Shown here one piece after another: positions 51,296 to 64,000 of a stretch of 64,000 bases of DNA; position 1 is the first letter of the stretch; every line of letters starts with the position of its first letter. This DNA is from Chiloscyllium plagiosum (taxonomy: Eukaryota). The notes beneath the pieces were generated by a model. It was not told where the DNA came from. It saw only the letters and a program-made list of their open reading frames with translations, and ran no database searches. The translations under genes and the position numbers were made by a program. The stretch spans positions 43,493,989-43,557,988 of the forward strand of contig NC_057728.1 of the NCBI RefSeq assembly GCF_004010195.1. Reading direction: 5' to 3'.

Positions 51296-51879
51296 CCTCT
51301 CCCAGGACATTTCCATAGAATATGGAGTCTAACTTCTACGCAAAGCATTCCAGTTTTGTGGGGCAAATTGAACAAACATGGACTCTCCTAACTGCCATTC
51401 TTCGTAAGTTCATATAAGAAATAAATCAAAGTGGTATAATAAGTTGTAGATTTTAACTTACAAATCTCTTAGAGTTCTTTCTATGAAAGAGTTAGTAGAC
51501 AATGGGAAAAATGTAGATACCAGGATGGGAGGGTGGGGGGAAGGTGTTGCAGATCCCTCAAGGGTTCCGTCAGTGTGCTCTAGAAATGTTCAGCATAAGT
51601 CTAAATCAATCTATTAATCAATAACTACATACATTTTTGCTATTAATATGTATATTGCAGATGGCAAAGATAATCAAAACACATTTAGATTTTTAAAATA
51701 TATAAATGGCTTTCAGCATAAAACCTAACACTAGTGACAAATCAATGTCATCGCGGTATGCTTCCATTTGAATAAGACAACAGATATATTGCAAATCCAC
51801 TGGAGTTGGCATAGATACATATGGCGCTCATTTGCTGATAGCTAGAGATACCAATCCAAGAAAGGGTGCTCTGTCACAA

Positions 51880-52070
51880 GTGGTGGCTATTAGGTGGCAT
51901 CTGGCTCATGGCTTTTGATAATTGGCACCTGTTGTCAGGTCATTGTATTGTAATGGTAGCACACAGCAAATCATGGACAATGCCAGCATTTAGGTGTATC
52001 ATTGGCTAGAAGCTCCCTAGATATGAACATTGATGTTCAGAGGCTTTGTATCATTATTGCATGCATTATT
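51880..52070 (+). mobile_element. Possible Harbinger transposase C-terminal remnant
   Basis: WLMA, FRCI and QRLCIIIAC in the expected order (cf. WLMTP, RFRCL, RVxxIIVAC); very degenerate. Confidence 0.35.
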
Positions 52071-52089
52071 GAAGTGAAATGTCAGTGTC

Positions 52090-53260
52090 CTACTGATCTT
52101 CTGGATCCAGTTATCTTGCTCGACAGATAATTCTTAGCAATGCATCCATCTTCCATCCAGTGGACATACCTAAGCCAGCAAAAGCACCTCTACTTGAAAT
52201 CGTGAACATGCTTGTCTCCACATACCAGCCACAAGAGAAGTGTAGGAAAGAGCAGAGACCTCTATTCCTTGATTTCCCAGGTCTTACTGAAACATTAAAT
52301 GCCATCACTAGGCAAAAACTGTCCAAGATTTTGGACAAAATTGGATGTGCTATCTATCACTGCTGCTTAATCTTATTCAAAATTTTAATGAGAACATTCA
52401 TGGTATTGTACAGTTTTATGGTATCACTTCTGGCAATTTCAGGAAAAGAATGGAATGGAATAAGGCTCTGTTCTACCCCCCACTGTGTATTTTCTTTTTC
52501 ATGTTCCTGACCTTAGCTTTTCCTGCAGACATGGAAGGAGTATACCTAAATGTTAGGTTAGCTGTCAAGCACTACATCTGTCCAGACTGAGGACAAAAGA
52601 AGACTCCATTTGGTCCTCTATGTTTATGATGATAGATTAATGATTGATGTGGAAATTCAAGAACAAAAACTTAGAGATTTTCTTTTCCATGTTTGTAACT
52701 GTTCTTCTTACTGTAAGTAAAAAGGAAACAGTGTTATGGGCTAAGGCATCACATCTCTGCCCTTGATCACTCCAAAAAAAAACATGGTGTAGGAAGTGGT
52801 TATAAATTCTCCTACCAAGGATGCACGGTGACAAATGGTCTGTCTCGTTATGCAGAACTTGATATATGCATTGGGAAAGCAGCTGCCATGTTTGGATAAT
52901 TCATTAAAGGTGCATGGAACATCCAAGCTGACTCTTAGGACCAGATGTTGGTTTATGTGGCAAGTAAGTGATAGAAACAGCAATGTTGGTAATATAATAT
53001 ATGCATATTAATGTGTTAGTATTAAGGTAATAATGGACACTTAATGAAAAAGGACTATCCCAAATGGACATCATAAGGTTCACGGGTCTACAACATATGT
53101 AGGACAATGTTATCTAATACTATCAAGTACCTATGGGCTGTGCATAAACAGTGTAATACTTAACCAGGCTCCATAATGAAACCAAAGTCACAGAGAAACA
53201 TCAAAAGTGTTTGGAAGAGGTTGTAATAGGAATGGTTGTAAAATATTTTCAGTTGACTGA
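52090..53260 (+). mobile_element. RTE-clade LINE remnant
   Basis: VNMLVSTYQPQEKCRKEQRPLFLDF..LTETLNAITRQKLSKILDKIGC (cf. DMIFxxRQLQEKCREQxxPLYxAFxDLTKAFD) and GME*GSVLPPT..FF.M..EGVYL. Confidence 0.8.
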
Positions 53261-53937
53261 CCCTTCTGTTTATTTAGATCATCCTTTGTAGCTTATTAAG
53301 GTTTTTTTTATTTTTTGAAAGCTCAATCTACAAGCATTTATGTAGAGTAGACAGTCAAAGCACTTTTACAGAGGTAGGAACTTATGTCCAACAATAGCTA
53401 TGGAAAACAAAATTATAGCATTTTGGTACATCCTGCTTACCAGCCAAATTTAAGTGAGGTTCACCTTCAAATTTATAATGGATGTAACTGGAACCTGGTG
53501 AGTTACACACTGAAATGTCCATGCACACGATTCAGTCATATCCAAGACTTAATTGTGTTGCTGCTTTCAACTATGTTATCATGTTTGATGCCTCAGTCTA
53601 AGCAGGAGAGAGCTGAAGAGGTCGCCCTCAAGGTCTGAAATTTCATATCTCCTGTTCTTGAACTTTTGCTCAGAAAAACACTGCTCTTTCTCTCTCACTA
53701 TCAGCCAGTTCTGCAACATTTTATAGTACAACAAAGTGGGTTTTCCTTGGATCTTAACTGAAGTTCACAGTGAATTTAATGAACTCCCTTTTTATTGGTC
53801 GATACACTGGCATACTATAGGAAATTTTTGCCATCAATTAAAAATCTGTGAATAAATTTTCCTGAAACTGTTGACTATCTGATTCCCCTAAATATGCAGC
53901 AACAGCAATTTCTAGGCCACACATTTTGACAACTTAC

Positions 53938-54039
53938 TCGTGTATTGTTCCTCTCAGCTTTAAGTTCAGAAATTTCCTCTTCTTTTTCCAGCAGTTGTTC
54001 TCTACAAGTGTTTAATTCCTTTGTAAGTGCAGCAAATTC
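53938..54039 (-). CDS. PPFIA2: Liprin-alpha coding exon (coiled coil), [34 protein letters not shown]
   Basis: 102 nt, AG acceptor (aacag|GAA) and GT donor (CGA|gtaag), phase 0. Peptide is nearly identical to liprin-alpha; [12 protein letters not shown] matches PPFIA2 as I recall it. Paralog call is less certain than the family call. Confidence 0.93.
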
Positions 54040-54159
54040 CTGTTAAGAAATACATTAAAATATAACACATAGCTTAGTTCAATGCAAATTTATTCAGAGG
54101 TTGAATGTTTGAATGAATTACAGGAGATATGACTTAAATTGTATGATACTTCCACATGA

Positions 54160-54450
54160 ACAGCAAGACAATGAGAACCAGGAGCAGGGACACGCTATAC
54201 CACACCTTGAGCTATTTAAAAGGCTCATAGTTGATCTTCAATCCAATTCCCAAATCTAAACATAGTACAAAAATCTTCTGACATCATCCTTGAACATAAC
54301 AACTTTCTGGGGAAGAGAATTTCAAAGTCTCACAGCCCTTTTAGTGAAGACATTTCAGTCTGAAATGATCATGTTCTTATCCAGAGAATTTGTCCCAACT
54401 TCGAAACTCTTCCACCAGGGAAACAGCCTTTCAGCATTTATTTTACCCTG
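54160..54450 (-). mobile_element. Old CR1 3' fragment
   Basis: gaaccaggagcagg tail region and ggggaagagaatttcaaag..cacagccct..gtgaaga in antisense. Confidence 0.5.
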
Positions 54451-54524
54451 TCACAATTTTATCACCTGACTAATTTGTACTGATTTGTAAAAGGCAGACT
54501 GAGCTTGACATCACATAAAATATG

Positions 54525-54812
54525 AATATAGAACATAGAAAAAATACAGCGCAGGACAGGCCCTTTGGCCCTCGATGTTGCGCTGATCCAAGCCCACCTA
54601 ACCTACACTAGCCCACTATCCTCCATATGCCTATCCAATGCCCGTTTAAATGCCCATAAAGAGAGAGAGTCCACCACTGCTACTAGCAGGGCATTCCATG
54701 AACTCACGACTCGCTGAGTAAAGAATCTACCCCTAACATCTGTCCTATACCTACCACCCCCTAATTTAAAGCTATGCCCCCTCGTAATAGCTGACTCCAT
54801 ACATAGAAAAAG
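54525..54812 (-). mobile_element. Young CR1 3' end (runs into a gap)
   Basis: MESAITRGHSFKL..RFFTQRVVSSWNAL; near-identical to the reverse complement of 11820-12090. Confidence 0.92.
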
Positions 54813-55570
54813 NNNNNNNNNNNNNNNNNNNNNNNNNNNNNNNNNNNNNNNNNNNNNNNNNNNNNNNNNNNNNNNNNNNNNNNNNNNNNNNNNNNNNNNN
54901 NNNNNNNNNNNNNNNNNNNNNNNNNNNNNNNNNNNNNNNNNNNNNNNNNNNNNNNNNNNNNNNNNNNNNNNNNNNNNNNNNNNNNNNNNNNNNNNNNNNN
55001 NNNNNNNNNNNNNNNNNNNNNNNNNNNNNNNNNNNNNNNNNNNNNNNNNNNNNNNNNNNNNNNNNNNNNNNNNNNNNNNNNNNNNNNNNNNNNNNNNNNN
55101 NNNNNNNNNNNNNNNNNNNNNNNNNNNNNNNNNNNNNNNNNNNNNNNNNNNNNNNNNNNNNNNNNNNNNNNNNNNNNNNNNNNNNNNNNNNNNNNNNNNN
55201 NNNNNNNNNNNNNNNNNNNNNNNNNNNNNNNNNNNNNNNNNNNNNNNNNNNNNNNNNNNNNNNNNNNNNNNNNNNNNNNNNNNNNNNNNNNNNNNNNNNN
55301 NNNNNNNNNNNNNNNNNNNNNNNNNNNNNNNNNNNNNNNNNNNNNNNNNNNNNNNNNNNNNNNNNNNNNNNNNNNNNNNNNNNNNNNNNNNNNNNNNNNN
55401 NNNNNNNNNNNNNNNNNNNNNNNNNNNNNNNNNNNNNNNNNNNNNNNNNNNNNNNNNNNNNNNNNNNNNNNNNNNNNNNNNNNNNNNNNNNNNNNNNNNN
55501 NNNNNNNNNNNNNNNNNNNNNNNNNNNNNNNNNNNNNNNNNNNNNNNNNNNNNNNNNNNNNNNNNNNNNN
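54813..55570. other. Assembly gap
   Basis: Run of N. Confidence 1.
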
Positions 55571-55865
55571 TGCTATGCTTCTAGGAATTCCCTGGCTGTT
55601 CTCTGTCTGGCTTGCCAGGGAATTCCTAGAAACATGGCACTCATCCACAAACTCCATCAACAAACACATCGACCTGGACCCAATATACCGGCCACTACAG
55701 CGGACAGCTGAAACTGACAACCGGAAGCGGCAGGGACAGGCCACTATAAATGCCGGAGGAAACACCACAGAAGCGCTTCACAGCAGGCTCCCAAGCACTG
55801 AGGACGTCACCTAGACAGGGAACGAAACGTTTGCAACAAAAACTTCCAGCTCGGCGAACAGAACT
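55571..55865 (+). mobile_element. Penelope-like element 3' end with 5' inversion
   Basis: AREFLETWHSSTNSINKHIDLDPIYRPL (related to 8066 and 10048); short inverted repeat 55575-55635. Confidence 0.85.
55795..55834 (+). ncRNA. Minimal hammerhead ribozyme-like motif
   Basis: GCA-CTGAGGA-c-gtcacct/agac/agggaac-GAAAC-GTT-TGC: stem I GCA/TGC pairs, core intact, stem II has two mismatches. Confidence 0.55.
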
Positions 55866-56339
55866 ATGTCATTACTGTCACAAAAGCTTGAGCCTTCTGA
55901 GGTTTGAAATATTGACCAAGCTCACCATTAGCCGGTAGACCCTATGCTGTAGCTAAGTCCTTTGTAACTGCAAGTGGATATGGAGAAAGCAGACTGTTAC
56001 TTCAAATGTTACTGTTTCATTTGCTGTTCTTGCCCCTATTCATGTGGCTGCTAGGATGGATCATGTTTCCTCCCTTCCTCAGAGGTCCAAGCTACTGCAG
56101 CTCTCATGCTGAAAGGAAATCTGACAGGCAGGAAGTTGTGTTTTAGCTTAATTGATTCCAAGCTATTTGAAGATCATCACACAAATTTGCAATTATCTAC
56201 AAAACTAATGACTTCAAGCTGAAAGAACCAATCCTGACACTGCTAGATTTTCACTGTAGCTAACTACAAGCTTGCAAATTTCAGCTTTTATAACACTGCA
56301 AGCAGTTAATTTTGTTAAAGTCAGTCATCCAATTAGATA

Positions 56340-56650
56340 TATCAGGTGAGATATAGTTGGGAATATGGAGATGTGGCTGCAGGGTTACAGGAATGGGAAC
56401 TGAATATTGAAGGGTATTCAGTTATTGGGAGAGCCAGACAGAAAGGAAAATAAGGTGGGGTAGCATTGCTGGTTTAGGAACTTTAAGACAATAGTGAGGA
56501 AGGATACTACCTCTGGTGAAGTGTGAGGAGAGCTTAGGACCACTATGCAGCCAATATTTCTGATGGGGGTTGGATATAGATCCTCAAATCATAATAGTAA
56601 TGTTGAGGAATGCATTAAAAAGGAAATTAGGGACTCAAGCAAGAAAGAAA
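56340..56650 (+). mobile_element. CR1 endonuclease fragment
   Basis: DIVGNMEMWLQG..WELNIEGYS..RQKGK*GGVALLV. Confidence 0.75.
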
Positions 56651-56654
56651 TTAG

Positions 56655-58950
56655 TTCATAAAGTTCATAACTTCATAAGATATAGGGCAGAATTAGGTCA
56701 TTCAGCCCATCGACTATGCTCTGCCATTCGATCATAGCTGTTATGCTCCTCACCCCCATTTTCCTGCTTTCTCCCTATATCCTTTCAACCCATTATCAAT
56801 TTAAAAACTGTCTAACTCCTCCTTAAATTTACTCACTGTCTCAGCATTTACCGCACTTTGGACTAGTGAATTCCACAGATTCACAACCCTTTGGGAGAAG
56901 TAATTTCTCAACTCTGTTTTAAATTTGTTACTCCTTAGCCTAAGATTATGACATCAAATCCTAGAATGCCCCACAAGAGGAAGCATCCACTCCACATCCA
57001 CTTTATCCATACCTTTTATCATCTTGAATAACTCAATTTGATCTCCCCTCATATACTCCAGAGAGTATATGCCTAAACCGTTCAATCTTTCTTCATATGA
57101 CAAACCGCTCATCTCTGGGATCAATCTCGTGAACGTCTTCTGAACTGCATCCAATGCCACTACATCTTTCCTCAACTAAGGAGACCAAAACTGTGCACAA
57201 TACCAGGCACGGTCTCACCAATTCCTTGCATAGTTGCAACAATATTTCATTTTCTTTATATTCTATTACTTTAGATTTAAAAGCCAACATTCCATTTGCT
57301 TTCTTTATTATCTGCTGTACCTGCATGCCAGTTTTCTATGACTCATGAAGGAGGACACCCAAACCCCTCTGCACTGGAGCATACCAAAATCTCTTCCCAT
57401 TTAGATTACTGGTCACCTTCCCATAATTTCAACCAAAATGCATGACCTCACACTTATCCACATTAAACTCCATCTCTCACATTTTGGCCTACTTCCCAAC
57501 CTATCTGTATTCATTTGTAAGGTTCTTATTTCCTCATTACAATTTACCATCCTGCCTATTTTTGTGTCATCTGCAGATTTGGCTAGAGACCCTTCTATCC
57601 TTGTATCCAAGTGGTTAATGTAGATTGTAAATAGCTGGGGTCCAAGGACCGAACCCTGTGGCACCCCATTAGTTATTTCTTGCCATCCAGAAAAAAGCTC
57701 ATTTATCCCGACTCTCTGTCTTCTGTCCATCAGCCAGTCACCTGTTCAAACTAATAAATTACCCTTAATCCCATATGATCCAACCTTGTAAATTAATCTT
57801 TGTGTGGCACCTTATCCAGAAGTCCAGATACATTACAATTACAGGATTCCCATTATCCACTTTGCTTGTTACATCTTCAAAGAACTCCAGCAAGTTAGTC
57901 AAACATGATTTGCCCTTCATAAAACCATGCCAAATCTGTCGGATAGCGTTTTAACTTTCCATATGTCTTGATATTGCTTCCTTGATAATTGATTCTAACA
58001 CCTTCCCAACAGCAGGTGTTAATTTAACTGGTCTGTAATTTTCCACATATTGCTTCCCTCCCTTTTTGAATGAGGGCATTAGCATTACATTAGCATTTTG
58101 GCAATCCACTGGAAGCTTTCCTGTATCCAGGGAATTTTGGAATATTGTAACCAGCCACTATCTCTGCCGCCATTTCCTTTAATACCCTAGGATGGCCATC
58201 AGGCTGGGGAACTTCTCTGCTCTCAATCCTAATCATTTGCTGAGTACCTTTTCCCTATTGATGTTGATTGTTCTAAGTTCTACCCTTTCTTTTGCCTCTG
58301 ACTTTCCCGTGATAATAGGCATGGTACTAGAGTCCTTTACTGTGAAAACTGAGGGAAAGTATTGATTTAGTATCTCTGCCATTTCAATGTTCTCCGCTAT
58401 TAACTCTCGGGTTTCATCTTCCAAGAGACTAACATTCACCTTTGCAACTCTCTTCCTTTTTATATGTCTATAGAAGCTTTTGTTATCCTTTTTGATATTT
58501 TGTGCTAGTTTTCTTTCTTAATATACCTTAGCTCTTTTTAATTAATTTTTTAGTACCCCTTTGTTTATATTTGATATTTTCCCAATCTTCCAGCCTGCCA
58601 TTGGCTTTTGCAATACGATAAACCTTGCTTTTCAACTTTATATTGTCCTTGACATCCATGTTCAGCAACGGATGTTTTTTTTACCCCCTTTACCATCTTT
58701 CTTCCTCACTGGGATATATTTTAGTTGTGAGGAATTAAGTAGCTCCTTAAACAACAGCCACTGCTCATGTGCTATCTCATATTTTGGGCTTCTAGCCCAA
58801 CCTAGTCGGGCCAGATTTGGCCTTTTGCCTATCTAATTTTCTCTGTTTAGTTCCAGAACACCACTGTGAGACTCCACTTTCTCACCTCCAAACTGAATTT
58901 TTAATTCTATCATATTATGGTCACCACTCCCAAAAGGATCCTTAATGATA
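56655..58950 (-). mobile_element. CR1 LINE about 2.3 kb
   Basis: [41 protein letters not shown]; ttcataa tail repeats at about 56656. Confidence 0.92.
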
Positions 58951-60883
58951 ATAGCGGTTTAGAAACATAAGGAAGGAACCAGGTCGGACTTATGTTGAGT
59001 TCGAAAGAATTAAACATAGTCATTTTGATAGATGAGTGTGGGCTTTAAAGATAGATAGGACCTATGAGGCTCTAAGAGAGAGTATTCTGCTGGAGGAGTT
59101 TTAAAATTCATGTGGAGGAACAGAAAGTTCAGGAAGTAAGAAGAGCAGTAAAATTAGCAGATGAATACATGTGGTGCATAAGACAAGCTTCTGGCCAGAA
59201 TTTCATCCTGTGAGGGATAGAAGTTGGGAGAAGGAGAGATCCTACATTATGAAAGAAAGAGTAGAGAACACTGGTAAGAATTTACTACAGGTTAAAGAAG
59301 CCAAAAAGGTGGAAAGGAGGTGAAAGACCTCATGTATTTTCACTGTAATGGAGTGAGATATAGAAAATTACAGTGCCTGTGGTTTCAGAAGGGCACTGGG
59401 AAAAGGTGTATTTACTGCCAGAAGGTGGGACACATAAAGCCACAATGCTGGTTGTTAAAGAAAGGCACTTTGGGAAAAGGTGTGGTAAAAGAAGCGAAGC
59501 CAGTGGCATTAGTGAAACCCCCAAAAAAAAGAGCTGCAGGAGAGTGTACAGCCTATGCAGGGGTTGGTTTGGAGTCAGTACCTGATCTCAATAAAGAATT
59601 CACCTCTTTGGGTAAAGCTTACTCAGAAAGAACGGGGGGAGAAGGACATGAAGTTATAATTTTGAGGGATACAGCATCTAACCAGTTGCTAATAGTAAGA
59701 GATGAGCAAATTTGCACTCTTTCTGATCTGTTACCTGAGCATGTGGTAATTTGTGGGATAGATGGACAGAAAATTAGTGTTTCCCTATAGAGGATCAGGT
59801 TGGAGTGCCTACTCAAAACTGGGGAAGTTACAGTGGGAATGATTCTCAGAGTGTCAGTTCTTGGAAATGATTTAACAGGGTCCAAAGTGGGAGTGACATC
59901 TCTTGTTTGGAGAAGCTTAAGGAAGACCAAGAAACTGAGGAGTTAAAACAGAAATATCCTGATAGTTTCCCAGGCTGTGTAGTAAGCAGATCCCACTATC
60001 ATAAATCATAGCATGAAGAAAAAAGTAACGAGAAAGATGAAGAGTTGAGGTTCAGTTAGCAGACACCCTGTTTGATGTAGTTGTGCAGGAAAACCTTGAA
60101 CTGGCAGAGGGTCAGACAGAAGTGTTTAGTCCTGAAAGGCTAAGGCACTTGCAACAGAAAGACAAGACGATAAAAGATATATACGTGGATGTGTTCTCCG
60201 AAAAAGAGGCAGAGGATATTCCTGAGGATTATTATCTGAAAGATAGAATCCTAAGACAGAAATGGAGACCACGGTGGGTTAGTGTAGAGAAGAAATAGGC
60301 AGAAGTGCACCAGATTGTGTTGCCGGTAGCACCAGAAAGTGTTACGGGTAGCACATTAACTACTTATAGGAGGTCACCTAGGGTACGAAAGGATCAAGCT
60401 AAGGTACAAAAACATTTTTACTGGCCTGGAATGTACAAGAATGTGGCTAACTTTTGCCATACGTGTCATACATGCCAAATAGTAGGTAAACCGCAGGCGG
60501 TAATAAAACCAGCACCTTTGTTGCCAAGTCCCGCATTTGAAGAACCTTTCACATGGGTTATAATTGATTGTGTAGGTCCCCTCCAGAGAACTAAAAGTGG
60601 GAACTAGTACTTGTTAACCATAATAGATGTGTCTACCAGATTTCCGGAGGCAATTCCATTGTGGAGTAACAAGGCAAAAAGGGTGGTAGAGGAGTTAGTA
60701 GCTTTCTTCACACAGTATGGGCTACCCAGAAGATGCAATTTGACCAAGGGTTACTTTTTACTGCTAGGTTGTTTAAGGACGTTATAGACAGTTTAGGTAT
60801 ACACCACTTTAAATCCAGTGTGTATCATCCTGAAAGGTGACATCAGACCTTTAAGACCACGTTGAGAGCTTACTGTCAGAATT

Positions 60884-61007
60884 TCCTGATGAAGGGCTTA
60901 TGCCTGAAATGTCGATTCTCCTACTCCTCAGATGCTGCCTGACTGCTGTGCTTTTCCAGCGCACACTCTCGACTCTGATTTTCAGCATCTGTAGTACTCA
61001 CTTTTTC
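60884..61007 (+). mobile_element. Penelope pLTR mini-insert in the Gypsy integrase
   Basis: Begins just before CTGATGA-a-gggc/ttat/gcct-GAAA; 11-bp TSD CTGTCAGAATT (60873-60883 and 61008-61018). Confidence 0.85.
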
Positions 61008-63126
61008 CTGTCAGAATTACTCGAATGACTGGGATAAAGGTATCCCATTCGTATTGTTTGCCATTAGAGTTGACCCAAATGAACCTACCCCATTTACTCC
61101 CTTCTAGTTAATATTTGGGCATGAAGTCAGAGGCCCTTTGAAATTAATTAAAGAAAAATTGACAGGACTAATGTCAGAGATCTCACACTTAGATTATGTA
61201 TCGGAGGTGAGGGAGAGATTAAATCAAGTAGGTGGGTTAGCTAAACAGCACCTAAAGAGGGCACAGCATAAAATGAAGCAGAGGGCAGATAAAAGCTCAG
61301 AGACTCAGACGTTTTCTCGAAGCGATGACATATTAGTACTGTTACCAGTATAGGAGATCCCTTCAAACCCAGGTTTAGTGGTCCCTATCAAATTGACAAA
61401 AAGTTGAGTCAGGTCAATTATCTAGTAAAGATGCCAGATAGGAAAAAAACGGCATTAGTTATGTCAAGTGAACGTGCTGAAATGGTATTATACTTGAGAG
61501 AAAGAACTGGAGAAACAGGTGTTAGTTACTGCCCTGCAGGGTAAGCAATCAAATCCAGATGGTGTGGACTTTGATGTACCTCAAAATATGTTAAAAAATG
61601 AAGAAGTCATTGAGGAGTGAGATAGGTTAGTAACTATCTGTCTTAGGAGCATAGAACGCAGTCGAAAGGTTTGTTACTGCAATATGAGGACATATGTAAG
61701 AAACAGATGGGTAGGACTAATGGTATTGTACATGAAGTAGATGTAGGGAATATGCTCCGCTAAAACAACACACCTATCAGTTTGATGCTTTGAAAGCCAG
61801 ACAGATCCAGAAGGAGGTGGAGGCCATGCTCAACGAGAATATAATCAAACCAAGCCAAAGCGAGTGGAGTTCACCATTCATCTTAGTTCCTAAACAGGAT
61901 GCAACTCAACAATTTTGCGTGGATTATCAGAAGGTCAGCGCTGTTACAAAATTAGACTCAGATCCAATTCTGAGATTGGAGGAGTGCATCGAGAAAGTTG
62001 GACAAGCCAGTTCCATCACCAAGTTGGAATTACTGCATGGTTACTGGCAGGTATCTTTATCAGAGACGGCATAAGAAATTTCTGCATTTGTAACTCCAAA
62101 TGTGCTACATCAATTTAAAGTGATGCCCTTTGGAATGAAGAAAGTACCTGCCCCGTTCCAAAGACTCATGTACAGAGTTGTGGCTGGGTTAACAAACTGT
62201 GCAGTCTATTTGGATGATGTAGTGATCTTTAGTAAGACCTGGAAAGATCACATGTACAGATGGCCGAGCTCTTTGAATGACTATGAGAAATAAACCTGTG
62301 AATAAACTTCAACAAAACTGAATTTGCGAAAACAGAGGTAACATTCTTGGGACATAATATCGGTCATGGACGGTTGACCCCACGGAACGCAAAGAGAAAG
62401 GTCATCGAGGAATTTCCATGACCAACCTCGAAGAAAGGTGTTTCGATTCTTGGGAGTAAGCGGATTCTATCAGAAGTTTGTTCCAAACTTCAGCAGTGTA
62501 GTGGCACCGTTAACCAATTTGCTGAAGAAGAACACAAAGTTTAGGTGGACAGAACAAAGCCAAGAGGCATTCAACCATTTGAAAGCAATGTTAACCACAG
62601 CATCAATTTTAGCTACACCAAGCTTTTCAAAACCTTTTAAAGGTGCCATCGATGCTAGTGACATAGGAGTTGGAGTGTACTGCTACAGGAAGACAATGAT
62701 GGGATTGAACTGCCAATTGGTCACTTTTCGAAGAAACTCAACATCCACCAGAGGAAATACTCCATCATCAGAAAAGAACTATTCAATTTGGTACTGGCCT
62801 AACAACAGTTTAATGTGCATGCCACAAACAATATGTCAGAGACGGTTGTGTACGCAGATCACAATCCTCTTACATTTTTGGAATGCTTTAAAGACAAGGA
62901 TATGAGACTATTTCATTGGAGTCTTATGTTACAGACTTAATTTACATATCGTACATGTTGTGGAACGTAAGAATGTTATGCAGAGGCATTATCGTGGATT
63001 TAACTGATAAAGTATAGAGAAGATTGGTATCTGTTCAATGTTATATATATGTGGTTAAGGAATAGAGAAAAAAAAATGAAGCCATCTTTTCAGTATGATG
63101 CCTCATTTTTTCTTAAGGGGTGGAGA

Positions 63127-63849
63127 TGTTATGAAGGTGTAGAGGTGTACTATACTTTAAGAGAGTTGAAAAGCTAGCAAGGACTGACAAAGCACAGAGT
63201 CCTGAACAAGGTAACAATGTAACACTAGATCGAAACAAATAGCAGCAAATGGTTTGCGATGAAACAAAATCAAATTCAAATTCGGCCAATCAGTTTAAAT
63301 TATGCCCAAAGATACCAACATCCAATCAAATTTGAATTTAGTATTTTGATAATATTAAAACCAATGAAATTATCAATGTTTTGGGGTATAAAATCAGACA
63401 TTTTGAACAGTTAGGGGGAGAACTGCCAAAGACCAACAAATGTAGACTGCTAGCTGAAAGGTACCTGTCTTTTGGGAATTTGTGCAGCAGAACACCAAGG
63501 CCAACCTGGAGAGAATCTACAGAGGAAAATTTACAAAGGTGGATTGGCAAAGCTGACTGGTTTTGAAACATGATTTTTTTTTTGTAAATCTTAATTGGGA
63601 TTTTTTTTAATCAGACCAGTATTTTAGAGTGGGAGGTCAAAGATAGGTTTAAGAAAAAGGAATTGTAAATATTTGTTGGATATAATATTCTCTGTTGGAT
63701 TTAAAGGATAAAGTTGTTAATTTTTACTTGAAATCATGACTTCTAGGATAGTTCTTTGTCTCTCGAATTTTTACAGATTACAACTCGGGGTGATTTTTTT
63801 CTGTGTTGCTGGTTTAAATTAGCAGAGGGATTTACTGCGTGTTATAACA
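63127..63849 (+). repeat. 3' LTR of the second Gypsy element
   Basis: TGTTAT...ATAACA terminal inverted ends, directly after the PPT. Confidence 0.85.
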
Positions 63850-63893
63850 CAAGGCTGGAAATGAACCTAGGCCCCAGGCACTGTGAGGCAACT
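63850..63893 (-). mobile_element. HE1-like SINE head fragment
   Basis: aaggctggaaatgaacctaggccccaggcactgtgaggca is the antisense B-box region. Confidence 0.6.
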
Positions 63894-64000
63894 TTGATTA
63901 CAGATGATGAGAAAGTGGTTATATATTAAATAAATGTTGTTATTAATAGGCCATACCTGATTTGTTAACATCTGCTGTGACAATATGTTAAACAATTCAT

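Larger units (their letters stand above)
58955..63849 (+). mobile_element. Second Gmr1-like Gypsy element, 5'-truncated (gag-PR-INT-RT-RH-3'LTR)
   Basis: Zn knuckle CIYCQKVGHIKPQC (59407-59448), ILRDTAS protease, HFYWPG..CHTCHTCQ integrase, CVDYQK..YLDD RT, IDASD..DHNPL RNase H, then PPT aaggggtggaga. Confidence 0.93.

Noticed and set aside
56050..56120. Candidate PPFIA2 mini-exon (acceptor-like ttcctttcag, then ...GRKHDPS on the minus strand)
   Set aside because: No GT donor at the expected place, a stop in the phase-0 frame and only token similarity.

Overview
Vertebrate genomic DNA, most likely a shark or other elasmobranch (inferred from HE1-type tRNA-derived SINEs and the CR1/Penelope repertoire). 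The whole window lies inside a minus-strand liprin-alpha gene, best matching PPFIA2. Three phase-0 coding exons of the N-terminal coiled coil are present (53938-54039, 49481-49645, 4545-4619), separated by introns of 4.3 kb and 44.9 kb. The introns are largely decayed transposons: many CR1 LINEs, L2 and RTE fragments, HE1 SINEs, two Gmr1-like Gypsy LTR elements (integrase upstream of RT, SCAN-like gag), several PIF/Harbinger remnants including two copies of a ~4.7-kb Myb/SANT-encoding family, and about a dozen Penelope-like pieces whose terminal repeats carry minimal hammerhead-ribozyme motifs. The most notable pattern is a set of short Penelope inserts with 11-16 bp target duplications, several of them fold-back palindromes, whose 5' boundary repeatedly falls at the hammerhead core. 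No intact transposon ORF, RNA gene, CRISPR array or prokaryotic system is supported. Repeat boundaries were read by eye and are approximate unless a TSD or LTR end is quoted. There are three assembly gaps.
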